Source: Pseudomonas phage UF_RH7. Taken from it: DNA of 58,217 nt. Positions 8,379 to 18,260 of the stretch are shown here, in pieces. Below the pieces are notes generated by a model, which saw only the letters and a list, made by a program, of their open reading frames with translations, ran no database searches and had not been told where the DNA came from. The stretch lies in sequence record OR589135.1. The stretch is one strand, 5' to 3'. Position 1 is the first letter of the stretch; the number at the start of each line of letters is the position of its first letter. Both the position numbers and the translations under genes were made by a program.

Positions 8379-9876
8379 CCTTTACGAGACAATCCGGCGC
8401 CGGTTCGCTGGTGTTGAGCTGCAGGAAAATCAGCTACACCTCTATCAGGAGGACGCGATAGACTTCCTCGATACGAACCGTTATAGCGCGCTGTTCATTG
8501 ACATGGGCTTGGGGAAAACGATCATCTCCCTGACGCTGGCGTCCCGGCTTTTGAACGACTTCAAGGCCAACAGAGTCCTGGTCATAGCACCACTCCGCGT
8601 GGCCAATACCACCTGGCCGAACGAAATACGCTTGTGGGAACACACGGCTGGGTTCGATTTCACGGTGCTGACCGGCAGCGCTGAAGAGCGAATGACCGCG
8701 CTCAAGGAAGGCATGCACCGCAACTGCCCGATATTCATCATCAATCGCGAGCAGATCGAATGGCTGGCCGACATCTACGGCAACAAATGGCCGTTCGACA
8801 CCGTGTTTGTCGATGAAAGCTCGTCGCTGAAGGATCACACGACAAAACGTTTTAACGCGCTGAAAAACGTGCGCCGGTACATCCGCCGTTTGCACGAACT
8901 CACCGCGACGCCGGCGGCCGAGACATACTTGCACCTCTTCGCCCAAATTTACCTCCTGGATCAGGGAAAGCGCCTTGGCAAAGACATGCGTAATTTCACT
9001 GATAAATATTTCACATACAATCATTACAATCGCAAGTATAAGCTCCGCCCCGGCGCCGAAGAGGAAATCGTCAACCTGATTTCCGACATTTGCCTCGTCA
9101 TGAAGCGAGAAGACTACCTGGAATTCCAGCAGCCGATCTTCCACAACGTGATGATCGACATGTCGGCTAAGCAGCAGGCGCTATACAAAACGATGGCAAC
9201 CGAGTTCATCGTCGAACTGGATAACGGCGTTGAGGTCGAAGCAGAAACCGCCGCCGCTCTATCGAGCAAGCTGCTGCAGATGGCCTCCGGCGTCCTTTAC
9301 GATACCGTCGATCTGGAAGACGCCACCACCGGCGACGTAAAGCAGTTGAAAAAAGTCTACGAGCTGCACCGGCATAAAATTGACGAACTGGAGCGAATTT
9401 ACGAAGAGGCGAACGGCGAACCGATCCTGGTATCCTACCACTTCAAATCGTCACTCGACCGGCTGAAGAAGGCCTTCCCGAAAGCGGTGGCGATGGACAG
9501 AGAAGGCAAGGCTGTCGCGCAGTGGAACAAGAAGAAAATCCCGATGCTCCTGGTCCACCCGCAGAGCGCCGGGCACGGCCTTAACCTCCAAAAGGGAGGC
9601 CATCACATCGTGTTCTACGACATCCCATGGTCGCTGGAGCTGTACCTGCAGCTGATAGGCCGACTCGACCGCCAGGGGCAGCAGCACCCGGTAATTGTCC
9701 AGCACCTGATTTGCAGAGGCACGGTCGATAACCTGGTTATTGCAGCGCTGATGAAGAAAAACGATGCGCAGGATGCGCTGTTCAGGATGCTGAAGCGCGC
9801 GAGAGCCAAACTGAAGAAAGACCGTGCGGCCAAAGTCGACCTGGCCACCGAGGCGTTTGACGACGACGATCTGTGA
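8362..9876 (+). CDS. SNF2/SWI2-family helicase (SF2 ATPase); acidic tail ...AFDDDDL.
   Basis: Walker A DMGLGKT. DEAH-like VFVDESS. Helicase C motifs (QSAGHGLNLQ). Start chosen at ATG 8362 (GGAGG 6 nt upstream), overlapping the VRR-NUC end. Confidence 0.8.
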   Translation: MRYSSDLYETIRRRFAGVELQENQLHLYQEDAIDFLDTNRYSALFIDMGLGKTIISLTLASRLLNDFKANRVLVIAPLRVANTTWPNEIRLWEHTAGFDFTVLTGSAEERMTALKEGMHRNCPIFIINREQIEWLADIYGNKWPFDTVFVDESSSLKDHTTKRFNALKNVRRYIRRLHELTATPAAETYLHLFAQIYLLDQGKRLGKDMRNFTDKYFTYNHYNRKYKLRPGAEEEIVNLISDICLVMKREDYLEFQQPIFHNVMIDMSAKQQALYKTMATEFIVELDNGVEVEAETAAALSSKLLQMASGVLYDTVDLEDATTGDVKQLKKVYELHRHKIDELERIYEEANGEPILVSYHFKSSLDRLKKAFPKAVAMDREGKAVAQWNKKKIPMLLVHPQSAGHGLNLQKGGHHIVFYDIPWSLELYLQLIGRLDRQGQQHPVIVQHLICRGTVDNLVIAALMKKNDAQDALFRMLKRARAKLKKDRAAKVDLATEAFDDDDL

Positions 9877-9956
9877 TTGACGGCCGCGCGCCGGTGGCAT
9901 ATTATCAAACCACTTCCCCGCACCCCACGCGGAGAGGCCATAGATAGGTTTCCCTT

Positions 9957-9984
9957 TTAACCCGCTTCGGCGGGTTTCTTTTTG
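9957..9984 (+). terminator. Rho-independent terminator aacccgc-ttcg-gcgggtt + tctttttg.
   Basis: Strong GC hairpin with T-run after the replication operon. Confidence 0.7.
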
Positions 9985-10029
9985 CCTGCAGTTGCCAGAC
10001 TGAAGATATGTGATATGTTCATTGCATAT

Positions 10030-10275
10030 ATGAGGACGCCTGCAGTGAACCAAACCCTGACCCAGTTCGAAGACCACATCGCCATGGGGCCAACATTCGC
10101 AGCGCGTTTGCTGGGGGTCGCCTACGCCACTTACGCCCAATACCGGAGCGGCCACCGCCGATTGCAGAAATACCACCAGCGCCACATCCAAGCGCTGATG
10201 CTGCTGAGCGACGAAGACCTGCAGAACTTAATAACGGAGCATATCCACAATGACCCAGGCAAAAAAGCCAGCTAA
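10030..10275 (+). CDS. Small hypothetical protein upstream of the terminase (possible DNA-binding protein).
   Basis: ORF 9982-10275, likely ATG at 10015 or 10030. Overlaps the small terminase start. Confidence 0.35.
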   Translation: MRTPAVNQTLTQFEDHIAMGPTFAARLLGVAYATYAQYRSGHRRLQKYHQRHIQALMLLSDEDLQNLITEHIHNDPGKKAS

Positions 10276-10825
10276 AAACAGCCTCGACGAAACGAGTTCC
10301 TCGATGCTTTATCAGGGCTGCAATTTATCGCAGCTCGGCATCTTGTTCCGCCGAGACCACCGAACTATTGTTGAGCGCATCCACGGCATAAAGCCGGCCG
10401 GCACGCGCGGCGGCCATAGCATTTATCAGGTTCACGAAGTTGCGCCGTACCTGGCCGACATTCCGCCGGACATCATTGAAGACCGCATCACGCGCATGCA
10501 CCACAATGAGCTGCCGAAGATGTTGACGAAAGAGTTCTGGGCCGGTCAGCGGAGCAAGCAGCTCTTCCAGCTGGAGGCCGGCGACCTTTGGCCGACCAGC
10601 AAGATCATCGATAAAGTCGGCGAGGCGTTCAAAACCTGTAAGATGTCGATCATGCTGCTGAGCGACGCGGTTGAGCGCGAGACCGAATTCACCGATCGGC
10701 AGCGCGAAAAGCTACGAGAATTAATTGACGGGACGCTCACCGATTTACACAAGTCGTTGGTTGAGCGCTTAACAGCGGACGATGGAGACGACAATGGCGA
10801 AAGTGACGAAGACGAAGACCTTTAA
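10250..10825 (+). CDS. Terminase small subunit, lambda Nu1-like (N-terminal wHTH); acidic tail ...SDEDEDL.
   Basis: 191 aa. Position immediately upstream of the gpA-like large terminase. N-terminal pattern resembles Nu1. Confidence 0.55.
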   Translation: MTQAKKPAKNSLDETSSSMLYQGCNLSQLGILFRRDHRTIVERIHGIKPAGTRGGHSIYQVHEVAPYLADIPPDIIEDRITRMHHNELPKMLTKEFWAGQRSKQLFQLEAGDLWPTSKIIDKVGEAFKTCKMSIMLLSDAVERETEFTDRQREKLRELIDGTLTDLHKSLVERLTADDGDDNGESDEDEDL

Positions 10826-12887
10826 GACGATCGGCAGCATCATCGCCGACCTCGCCGAACTCTTCCGTCCGCCGGAGCGCCTCTCCGTATCCCAAGCGGC
10901 GGAGAAATACGTCTACCTGAACACACCGGGCGCCTACGTCGGTCCGTACAAAAACGAAACCGCGCCGTACATGGTGGAGCCGATGGACACGATGACCGCA
11001 CGCGACAAAAGCGGCATTGCTTTCGTCGGGCCGGCCCAGTGTGCCAAGACGCAGTGTCTCCTGCTGAACTTCGCGGCATACAGCATCAAGGTCGACCCCA
11101 TGGACATGATCCTGTATTGCCCGACAAGCACGGCGGCGCGAGATTTCTCCATGCGCCGTATCGACCGCATGCACCGCTACAGCAAAGAAGTCGGTGCGAT
11201 GCTTATGCAAAAACGCGACTCCGACAACACGTTCGACAAGCACTACACCACCGGGCAGATCCTGACCATGAGCTATCCGTCAGTGACGGAAATGGCGGGG
11301 CGCCCGGTAGGCCGTATTATGCTGACGGATTTCGACCGCATGCCGGAAGACGTCGACGGCGACGGTAACCCATACGACCTGGCATCCAAGCGAACTACCA
11401 CATTCGGTTCATTCGCCATGACCGTTGCAGAAAGTTCCCCGAGCCGGCCGATAACCGACCCCAAGTGGATTCCAACGTCGCTGCATGAAGCACCGCCGAC
11501 GACCGGCATCCTGGCGCTCTACAACCGCGGCGACCGACGGAAGTGGTACTGGCCGTGTCCGCATTGCGACGAGTATTTCGAAGGTAAATTCAAACTGCTG
11601 GTGTGGGATGACAGCCTCGATAATAACCTGGATAAGGCCGAGACGACTCGCATGGCATGCCCGCATTGCGGTTGCCTGATTCACCCTGACGACCGATTCG
11701 AAATGCAGTTGTGGGGCCGCTGGGTCAAAGATGGCCAGGCGATCGATAAAAACGGACGGATTTATGGCCCGCCGATTAGAACGGCGATCGCGTCATTCTG
11801 GCTTAACGGCACGGCGGCCGCCTTCACCACCTGGAAAAAGCTGGTGAACGACTACCTGACGGCGCTGGACGAATATCACCGGACAAACAGCGAAGAGTCG
11901 TTGAAGAAATTCTTCAACAACGACCTAGGCGAGCCGTACTACCCGAAAAGCGACGGCGACGTCCGCTTCCCGGAACACCTGAAGAGCATGGCGTTTAAAC
12001 TGCCAGAGCGGGAGATACCAGAAAGCGTTCGTTTCCTGGTGGCCAATATCGACGTTCAGCGTTCTAGTTTTATCGTTCAGGTGCATGGCATATCGCCGGG
12101 CACGCCGTTCGACATCACGGTCATCGACCGCTTTGAAATCAAGAAATCCGATCGCGTCGATTCGGACAACGACCCGTTGCCGATAAAGCCGGCCAGTTAC
12201 CTGGAAGACTGGCGGAAGATCGAAGAGCTGGTCATGAACAAAACCTACCCGCTCAGCGACGGCAGTGGCCGCCGGATGGCGATAATGATGACCAGCTGTG
12301 ACTCCGGTGGTTATTCGAAAGGCAAAGGCGAGTCCGTTACAACCAAGGCCTATGATTTTTATCGTCTGCTGAAGAGCGAAGGGAAGCACGGCCGATTCGT
12401 CCTGATCAAAGGCGACTCGAAAAATAACCAACCTCGCACGCGGGTGACGTTCCCTGACGCGCAGAAGAAAGACGACAAGTCGGCCGCGCGCGGCGACGTA
12501 CCGGTTCTGTTCTTCAACTCCAACCTGCTGAAGGACGATCTGGACGGCCGACTGGATTGCGTCGAACCGGGTAAGGGGATGTTCATCACCCCGGACTGGT
12601 TATCCGACGACTTCTATCGCGAGCTTTGCGCCGAGACGCGAACGCCGCAGGGGTGGAAAAACATCGGCGGGGCACGGAACGAAGCCTGGGACTTGGCCTA
12701 TTATTGTATAGGGCTGTGCATTTCGAAATTCATCCGAATCGAGGTTATTGATTGGAACAACCCGCCGAGCTGGGCAGCGCCGTGGGACAATAACTTCCAT
12801 GTGTCAAGTGTTGACGACCCTGAAACATTTGCACAAACCAATGATAGCGGATACGATTTCGCTAAATTAGCGGAAACCCTTGCCTGA
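10782..12887 (+). CDS. Terminase large subunit, lambda gpA-like.
   Basis: 701 aa. LFRPPER (gpA LFRPEP). CPHCDEYFEGKFKLLVWDD Zn-ribbon-like segment as in gpA. Confidence 0.85.
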   Translation: METTMAKVTKTKTFKTIGSIIADLAELFRPPERLSVSQAAEKYVYLNTPGAYVGPYKNETAPYMVEPMDTMTARDKSGIAFVGPAQCAKTQCLLLNFAAYSIKVDPMDMILYCPTSTAARDFSMRRIDRMHRYSKEVGAMLMQKRDSDNTFDKHYTTGQILTMSYPSVTEMAGRPVGRIMLTDFDRMPEDVDGDGNPYDLASKRTTTFGSFAMTVAESSPSRPITDPKWIPTSLHEAPPTTGILALYNRGDRRKWYWPCPHCDEYFEGKFKLLVWDDSLDNNLDKAETTRMACPHCGCLIHPDDRFEMQLWGRWVKDGQAIDKNGRIYGPPIRTAIASFWLNGTAAAFTTWKKLVNDYLTALDEYHRTNSEESLKKFFNNDLGEPYYPKSDGDVRFPEHLKSMAFKLPEREIPESVRFLVANIDVQRSSFIVQVHGISPGTPFDITVIDRFEIKKSDRVDSDNDPLPIKPASYLEDWRKIEELVMNKTYPLSDGSGRRMAIMMTSCDSGGYSKGKGESVTTKAYDFYRLLKSEGKHGRFVLIKGDSKNNQPRTRVTFPDAQKKDDKSAARGDVPVLFFNSNLLKDDLDGRLDCVEPGKGMFITPDWLSDDFYRELCAETRTPQGWKNIGGARNEAWDLAYYCIGLCISKFIRIEVIDWNNPPSWAAPWDNNFHVSSVDDPETFAQTNDSGYDFAKLAETLA

Positions 12888-12904
12888 CCTAACGGAGACA
12901 CAAA

Positions 12905-13135
12905 ATGACGCCAGAAACCTGCCGGTCTTTACTGGAGGACGCCCGGAAAGCGTACCACAACCTTGTTACCGGGCAGATGGCGCGCGTCGTCGTCGATAAG
13001 GACGGTTCTCGGGTTGAATTTACAGCGGCCAACAAAGAGGCGCTCTACAACTACATCCTCCGCCTCGAAGCGATCTGCGGTTGTGGCGGTGCTGGCTCTA
13101 TGTCGCCAGGCGGTCCAGCGGGGTTCCTGTTCTGA
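12905..13135 (+). CDS. Head-tail joining protein, lambda gpW-like.
   Basis: 76 aa. RVEFTAANKE and C-terminal GPAGFLF versus gpW RVEFTATS and GPAGFYV. Confidence 0.8.
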   Translation: MTPETCRSLLEDARKAYHNLVTGQMARVVVDKDGSRVEFTAANKEALYNYILRLEAICGCGGAGSMSPGGPAGFLF

Positions 13136-14769
13136 TGAAAATCAACAAAGCCAATGTTCAGCCACTCCAGGAAAACGCCATCGGCGGCGGCCTGGAAGGG
13201 GCAGAAAGGACATCACGGGAAACGCTCCTGTGGAATCCTTCAAATCGTTCGGCAGACGCGCTGATTAACCCGGTCAAGGACATGGCAGATAACCGTGCCC
13301 GCGACATCGTTCAGAATGACGGGTACGCGCTCGGTGCCGTGGCCATCCACCGGGACAGCATTGTAGGTTCGCAATACCGGCTAAACGCCCAACCAAATAA
13401 CCGCGTCCTGAACGCCCCAGACGGCTGGGCAGAAGAGTTCCAGAAGGTAGTCGAAGCCCGATTCAACTTGGTGGCCGACTCCCCGGAAAACTGGTTCGAC
13501 GCCCAACGAATGGGCACCCTGACCGACATGATTCGCCTGGCAGTCGGCGGCATGGTCATGTCTGGCGAAGTGCTGGCCTCTGCAGAATGGATCACCGACG
13601 ACCCCCGCCGGCCGTTTAAAACCGCAATCCAGATGATCGCCCCGTCTCGCCTGTCAAACCCGGACGGGGTGAGCGACTCCAAAATACTGCGCCGCGGTGT
13701 GGAATGTGATCGCCGCGGGCGCCCGATTGCGTATAACTTCAGGAGTTCGCACCCAGGAGACGTTTACTGGGACACTGACCTTTTCACCTGGAATCGCGTT
13801 CCGGCGGAAACCCCATGGGGGCGCAAACAGGTCATCCACATCATCGAGCGGCTGATGCCAGACCAACACCGCGGTATCGCAGATATGGTCGCCACGCTCA
13901 AACAGATGCGCATGACCAAATCGTTCCAAGAGGTCGTTCTCCAGAACGCGGTTATCAATGCCAGCTATGCTGCGGCCGTAGAATCCGAACTGCCGTCCGA
14001 ACTTATCTGGAAAACGCTCGGCGCTCCTGGCCCGAATGATGCTAAAGACCCGATTAAGCAGATGCTGGGGTCGTACCTCGATTCCCTGGCCGCGTATTCC
14101 CGCGGCGGCAACAACATCGCGATTGACGGCTCTAAGATTCCGCATCTTTTCCCAGGCACCAAGCTCAACCTGAAGCCGATCGGCACACCTGGCGGCGTTG
14201 GCACCGGGTTCGAAGAGTCGCTGCTGCGCCATATCGCTTCGTCTCTCGGGCTGTCCTATGAGCAGTTCAGCCGTGACTACAGCAAAACGAACTACAGTTC
14301 GGCGCGCGCCTCGATGGGCGAAACGTGGAAATACATGCAGTCGCGAAAAAAAGTGGTGGCCGACCGCCTGGCGAGCCACATTTACGCTTTGTGGCTGGAG
14401 GAAGAGATTTCGGCCGGCAACGTTCCGCTACCACCGGGTGCCCGGCGTGACACGTTCTTCTACAAGCCGATGCACAAGGACGCCCTCTGCCAATGTTCTT
14501 GGATTGGGGCTTCCCGCGGCCAGATTGACGAACTGAAAGAGACCCAGGCGGCGCTGCTCCGCATCAACGCCGGCTTCTCTACTCGCGAGAAAGAGATCGC
14601 CCGCCTTGGCGAGGATTTCCGCGAAGTATTCGACCAACTGGCACGCGAGCAGAAACTGGCAGACGACCTTGGCTTGACGTTTGCTATTGACGCGCAGAAA
14701 CCGGGCGCTAATATGGCGCAGCAGACACTGACCGCCAACAACAAAAACGAGGACAACGCAAATGAGTGA
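13135..14769 (+). CDS. Portal protein, lambda gpB-like.
   Basis: ATG at 13135 overlapping the gpW stop (TGATG). About 544 aa; size and position match gpB. Confidence 0.8.
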   Translation: MKINKANVQPLQENAIGGGLEGAERTSRETLLWNPSNRSADALINPVKDMADNRARDIVQNDGYALGAVAIHRDSIVGSQYRLNAQPNNRVLNAPDGWAEEFQKVVEARFNLVADSPENWFDAQRMGTLTDMIRLAVGGMVMSGEVLASAEWITDDPRRPFKTAIQMIAPSRLSNPDGVSDSKILRRGVECDRRGRPIAYNFRSSHPGDVYWDTDLFTWNRVPAETPWGRKQVIHIIERLMPDQHRGIADMVATLKQMRMTKSFQEVVLQNAVINASYAAAVESELPSELIWKTLGAPGPNDAKDPIKQMLGSYLDSLAAYSRGGNNIAIDGSKIPHLFPGTKLNLKPIGTPGGVGTGFEESLLRHIASSLGLSYEQFSRDYSKTNYSSARASMGETWKYMQSRKKVVADRLASHIYALWLEEEISAGNVPLPPGARRDTFFYKPMHKDALCQCSWIGASRGQIDELKETQAALLRINAGFSTREKEIARLGEDFREVFDQLAREQKLADDLGLTFAIDAQKPGANMAQQTLTANNKNEDNANE

Positions 14770-16078
14770 ATCAGCAGCACGCGCCGCGTTATCTCGGATG
14801 AACATGCGACCTGCCGCCATTGCGCCCGTATACACCGAACTGGCCAGTGACCTGCAGAAATTGTCGCAAGTAACTCCGCAGCGCGCGAAAGAAATGCAGC
14901 TCGAAGTCCGGGCTGGTCTGGCCGCGCAATACGGCGATGACGAAAATGATTACGAAGAAGAAACCCAGAAGCCGTTCTACTTTTCGTCAGGCATGGCCAT
15001 CATCCCGATTTCCGGCTCACTGATTAACCGCTTCGGCGGCTGCTATGGCTGGATCACCGGCTACAGCTACATCCAGCGCCAGCTGAATCTTGCTCTCGGC
15101 GACCCGGATGTGAAAGGCATCATCTTCGACGTCAACAGCTACGGAGGGGAAGCGGCAGGGTGTTTCGAACTGGCAGATATGATTTTTCAAGCAAGATCTA
15201 TCAAGCCATCTATGGCGGTTGTTGATTCTAACTGCTATTCTGCCGCTTATGCACTTGCGAGCGCCGCCGGAAAGGTCGTTGTAACACCAACAGGCGGGGC
15301 TGGCAGCATCGGTGTAGTTGCTATGCACGTCGACTATTCTAAAATGATGGAAGAGTGGGGTCTGAAGGTCACCTTCATTTACGCAGGCGCCCACAAAGTC
15401 GACGGTAACCCATACGAAGAGCTGAGCAGCGATGTCAAAGCTGACATCCAGGCCAGCGTGAACAAATCGTATGAGATGTTTGTGAACGAGGTGGCACGGA
15501 ATCGCAACCTCTCTGCTGAGGCAGTGAAGGCCACGGAAGCGCGGGTGTACCGCGCAGATGAAGCCATGAGCCTCGGACTGATAGACGCCGTTGCCACGCC
15601 TACCCAGGCGCTGCAGGGGTTCTATAACGAGCTTTCCGGCTCGACAATTCAACTGGAGAACAGCAAGATGCCTCAAGAAAATCTCGAAACCAAGCCGGCC
15701 GTTGTAGACCAAGCGGCACTGGACCAGGCGACTCGCGCTGGCGCAGTGGCGGAACGTGCGCGCATCGGCGAAATCCTCGGCCACGAAAGTGCCCAAGGTA
15801 AAACCAAGATGGCCCAATTCTTCGCTTTCAAAACCGACATGTCGGTAGCGGATGCGGTAGTTGGCCTGGAAGCAGCAGCACTGGAAGTTGCTGCAGCGCC
15901 GGCGAAGGATGAAAAAGCGGAAACCACCCCGCTGGAGCAAGCCATGGCCAAGACCAAACAGCCGAACGTTGAAGCCGATGGCTCTGACGTGGATGGCGAA
16001 GGCAAGGAGAACATGTCCGCCGCCGACCGCATCCTGGCGAACCAACGTGTCGCCAACGGCACCGCTGTTAAACACTGA
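14762..16078 (+). CDS. Prohead protease, lambda gpC-like (S49/ClpP-family peptidase).
   Basis: 438 aa (gpC is 439). S49 peptidase core, with a scaffold-like Ala/Glu-rich C-terminal third. Confidence 0.8.
   Translation: MSESAARAALSRMNMRPAAIAPVYTELASDLQKLSQVTPQRAKEMQLEVRAGLAAQYGDDENDYEEETQKPFYFSSGMAIIPISGSLINRFGGCYGWITGYSYIQRQLNLALGDPDVKGIIFDVNSYGGEAAGCFELADMIFQARSIKPSMAVVDSNCYSAAYALASAAGKVVVTPTGGAGSIGVVAMHVDYSKMMEEWGLKVTFIYAGAHKVDGNPYEELSSDVKADIQASVNKSYEMFVNEVARNRNLSAEAVKATEARVYRADEAMSLGLIDAVATPTQALQGFYNELSGSTIQLENSKMPQENLETKPAVVDQAALDQATRAGAVAERARIGEILGHESAQGKTKMAQFFAFKTDMSVADAVVGLEAAALEVAAAPAKDEKAETTPLEQAMAKTKQPNVEADGSDVDGEGKENMSAADRILANQRVANGTAVKH
15668..16078 (+). CDS. Putative nested scaffolding protein (lambda Nu3-like), in-frame internal start within the protease gene.
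   Basis: In-frame ATG at 15668 (MPQENLETK...). Ala/Glu-rich helical C-terminal segment. Inferred by analogy with lambda C/Nu3. Confidence 0.4.
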   Translation: MPQENLETKPAVVDQAALDQATRAGAVAERARIGEILGHESAQGKTKMAQFFAFKTDMSVADAVVGLEAAALEVAAAPAKDEKAETTPLEQAMAKTKQPNVEADGSDVDGEGKENMSAADRILANQRVANGTAVKH

Positions 16079-16092
16079 TCGGAGAGAAAGAG

Positions 16093-16494
16093 ATGGGATA
16101 CCCAACTTTCGCAGGTTCTCAATCCCAGGCATTCGGTGCCGCGGTTGAGATTTTTTCTGGTGACTCTGACGTGGTTACCACCGACGGCCCAGTGGCCAAC
16201 GACGCAGTTCTGCCGCAATACTCGGTTATCGCGCTGAACGCCACTGGCCAAATCGTCGCGCTGAATCCAGCTGGTGCAGACGCTACCGCTTCTGAAGCAG
16301 TGGCGATCGGCATCACCTGCTACGCAGCAGACGCCAGCGCTTCCGGCGCGCAACGCGGTAAACGCATCGCCTACTACTCCGGCGGCTCGTTCAACCCAGC
16401 TGCTCTGGTATGGCCGGCAGCAATCGACACCCTGGCAGAGCGCACCAAGGCTTTCGCCGGGACTAACATCAACATTCGCGAAGTGCTGGCGTAA
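16093..16494 (+). CDS. Head decoration protein, lambda gpD-like.
   Basis: 133 aa. C-terminal RTKAFAGTNINIREV versus gpD KRTAFAGTAISIV. Confidence 0.8.
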   Translation: MGYPTFAGSQSQAFGAAVEIFSGDSDVVTTDGPVANDAVLPQYSVIALNATGQIVALNPAGADATASEAVAIGITCYAADASASGAQRGKRIAYYSGGSFNPAALVWPAAIDTLAERTKAFAGTNINIREVLA

Positions 16495-16506
16495 AGGAGC
16501 AGTATC

Positions 16507-17562
16507 ATGGCGTTTGAACTCTACGATATGGCGACCCTGGTACAGGTTCGCCGCCAACAAGTCGACGTGCCGGTGTTCTGGTTGAACTTCTTCACCCAGA
16601 CACTGACCTTCGAAACCCCGTACATTGACTTCGAGAAAGTATCTCGTCGTTACAAGAAACTGGCTCCGCTGGTTTCCCCTAACGTACAGGGTAAAGTAAT
16701 CAGCAGCCAAGGCAGCAACGTAATGCGCTTTGCGCCAGGTTACGTTAAGCCGAAGTCGGTGATCGACCCATCCAAAGTGGTAGCACGTCAGCCGGGCGAG
16801 TCTGCCTATCAGCCGATGTCCCTGGCAGCCAAGCGTGATGCCGTGATTGCGGAAACCACCCGCGACCACAAAGCGCGTCACCTGAACCGTCTGGAGTGGA
16901 TGGCCGCCAACGCGGTAATCAACGGCAGCATCACCCTGGAAAGCCCGGACTATCCTCTGTCCACCGTTGATTTCGGACGCGACGCCAGCCTGACTATCGT
17001 GCTGACCGGTGCGAACAAATGGGATCAGACTACTGCGAAACCTCTGACCGACCTGAAGCTCGGTAAGAGCCGTGTGTTTGACCTGAGCCAGCAGAAGCTG
17101 AACCGCTACATCTTCGGCCAAAACGCCTGGGATCTGTTCGCAACTCGCATGGGCTTCGACAATCCGCAAAGCGGCAACCTGCTCGATACTAACTTCCGCG
17201 GCTCTGAAACCAGCATCTCTCGCGTTCTGGATGGTTACCCAGGCGCAGAGTACGTTGGCACCGTGAAAGGTACTGCCGGCCAGGGTGCGATGGAGTGCTG
17301 GGTTTATCACGCGACCTACGAAGATGACGCCGGCGTGGAGCAAGACCTGCTGAACACCAACGACGTTGTTGGCCTGGCGGACATCCAGGGCTTCCGTTGC
17401 TTCGGTGCTATCATGGACGCAGACGCAGGTTACATCGCCACTGAAGTGTTCATGAAGAACTGGCGCGAACAAGACCCAAGCGTCGAATACCTGCTGAGCC
17501 AGTCAGCTCCGCTGATGGTTCCGGGCGAGCCGAACGGTGCATTCCGCATCCGCGTAGCTTAA
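16507..17562 (+). CDS. Major capsid protein, lambda gpE-like.
   Basis: 351 aa. PGYVKPK identical to gpE. C-terminal SQSAPLMVPGEP versus IQSAPLMLLADP. SD aaggag. Confidence 0.9.
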   Translation: MAFELYDMATLVQVRRQQVDVPVFWLNFFTQTLTFETPYIDFEKVSRRYKKLAPLVSPNVQGKVISSQGSNVMRFAPGYVKPKSVIDPSKVVARQPGESAYQPMSLAAKRDAVIAETTRDHKARHLNRLEWMAANAVINGSITLESPDYPLSTVDFGRDASLTIVLTGANKWDQTTAKPLTDLKLGKSRVFDLSQQKLNRYIFGQNAWDLFATRMGFDNPQSGNLLDTNFRGSETSISRVLDGYPGAEYVGTVKGTAGQGAMECWVYHATYEDDAGVEQDLLNTNDVVGLADIQGFRCFGAIMDADAGYIATEVFMKNWREQDPSVEYLLSQSAPLMVPGEPNGAFRIRVA

Positions 17563-17572
17563 CCGATACCTG

Positions 17573-17600
17573 ATCGCCTGCTTCGGCAGGCGTTCTTTCT
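17573..17600 (+). terminator. Hairpin cgcctgc-ttcg-gcaggcg + ttctttct after the capsid gene (probable partial terminator).
   Basis: Read from the sequence. Placement typical of a head/tail expression-ratio attenuator. Confidence 0.5.
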
Positions 17601-17643
17601 ATCGACCGAACGATTACAAGATTTTAATTTAAGGAATTAAGCC

Positions 17644-17901
17644 ATGCCAAAACGTATTGCGGTACACACCCTGGTTCTCACCCGCGACGGTAAACGTGTG
17701 AACGTTAAGCCGGGCACCCTGGTTGACCTGACTGCAGAAGAAGTGAAAGAGCTGAACGCCCTGAACGCGATCCGCCTGCCAGTCAACGAAACCGGCGCGC
17801 CGGAAGACGAAGCGCCAAAGGCAGAAGATAAGAAGTCCGAGGACAAAGCGCCGAAGACTGACGATAAGAAAGCCGGCGCCAAGAAGGAAGAAGACCTGTA
17901 A
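17644..17901 (+). CDS. Small protein in the lambda FI position; acidic Lys/Glu-rich tail ending ...KKEEDL.
   Basis: 85 aa. Sits between the MCP and the FII-like gene. Confidence 0.5.
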   Translation: MPKRIAVHTLVLTRDGKRVNVKPGTLVDLTAEEVKELNALNAIRLPVNETGAPEDEAPKAEDKKSEDKAPKTDDKKAGAKKEEDL

Positions 17902-18260
17902 TGGCCTTTGACTTCTCCGAAGCACTGGGGAAAATGCGGAGAGTGGTGCATGACACCCTCTCCCTTCCCGCCACATACCAGGATCATACTCTCGCTGATC
18001 CTGTCCCTCTGCGCATCCGCTGGCACACTAAACTCAACCTGACCGGCGACCTGGAAAACAACGGCTATGCGCAGTTCATTGAGGGCATCGAGAGTATCAT
18101 CTTTGACCGGACAGAGCTTGCGCTGAAAAACATTACGATCCGCGAACGCGGAAAAGTTACGATCACCGCCCCGAATTTCTCCGGTCAGGTGATTATGATT
18201 GGCCCTAAAGACCCGTTGTATGGGCCGATAGAAGAAGTCTACAAGGTCTCATTGACATGA
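17901..18260 (+). CDS. Head-tail connector, lambda gpFII-like.
   Basis: 119 aa. N-terminal MAFDFSEAL versus FII MADFDNLF. Position. Confidence 0.6.
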   Translation: MAFDFSEALGKMRRVVHDTLSLPATYQDHTLADPVPLRIRWHTKLNLTGDLENNGYAQFIEGIESIIFDRTELALKNITIRERGKVTITAPNFSGQVIMIGPKDPLYGPIEEVYKVSLT

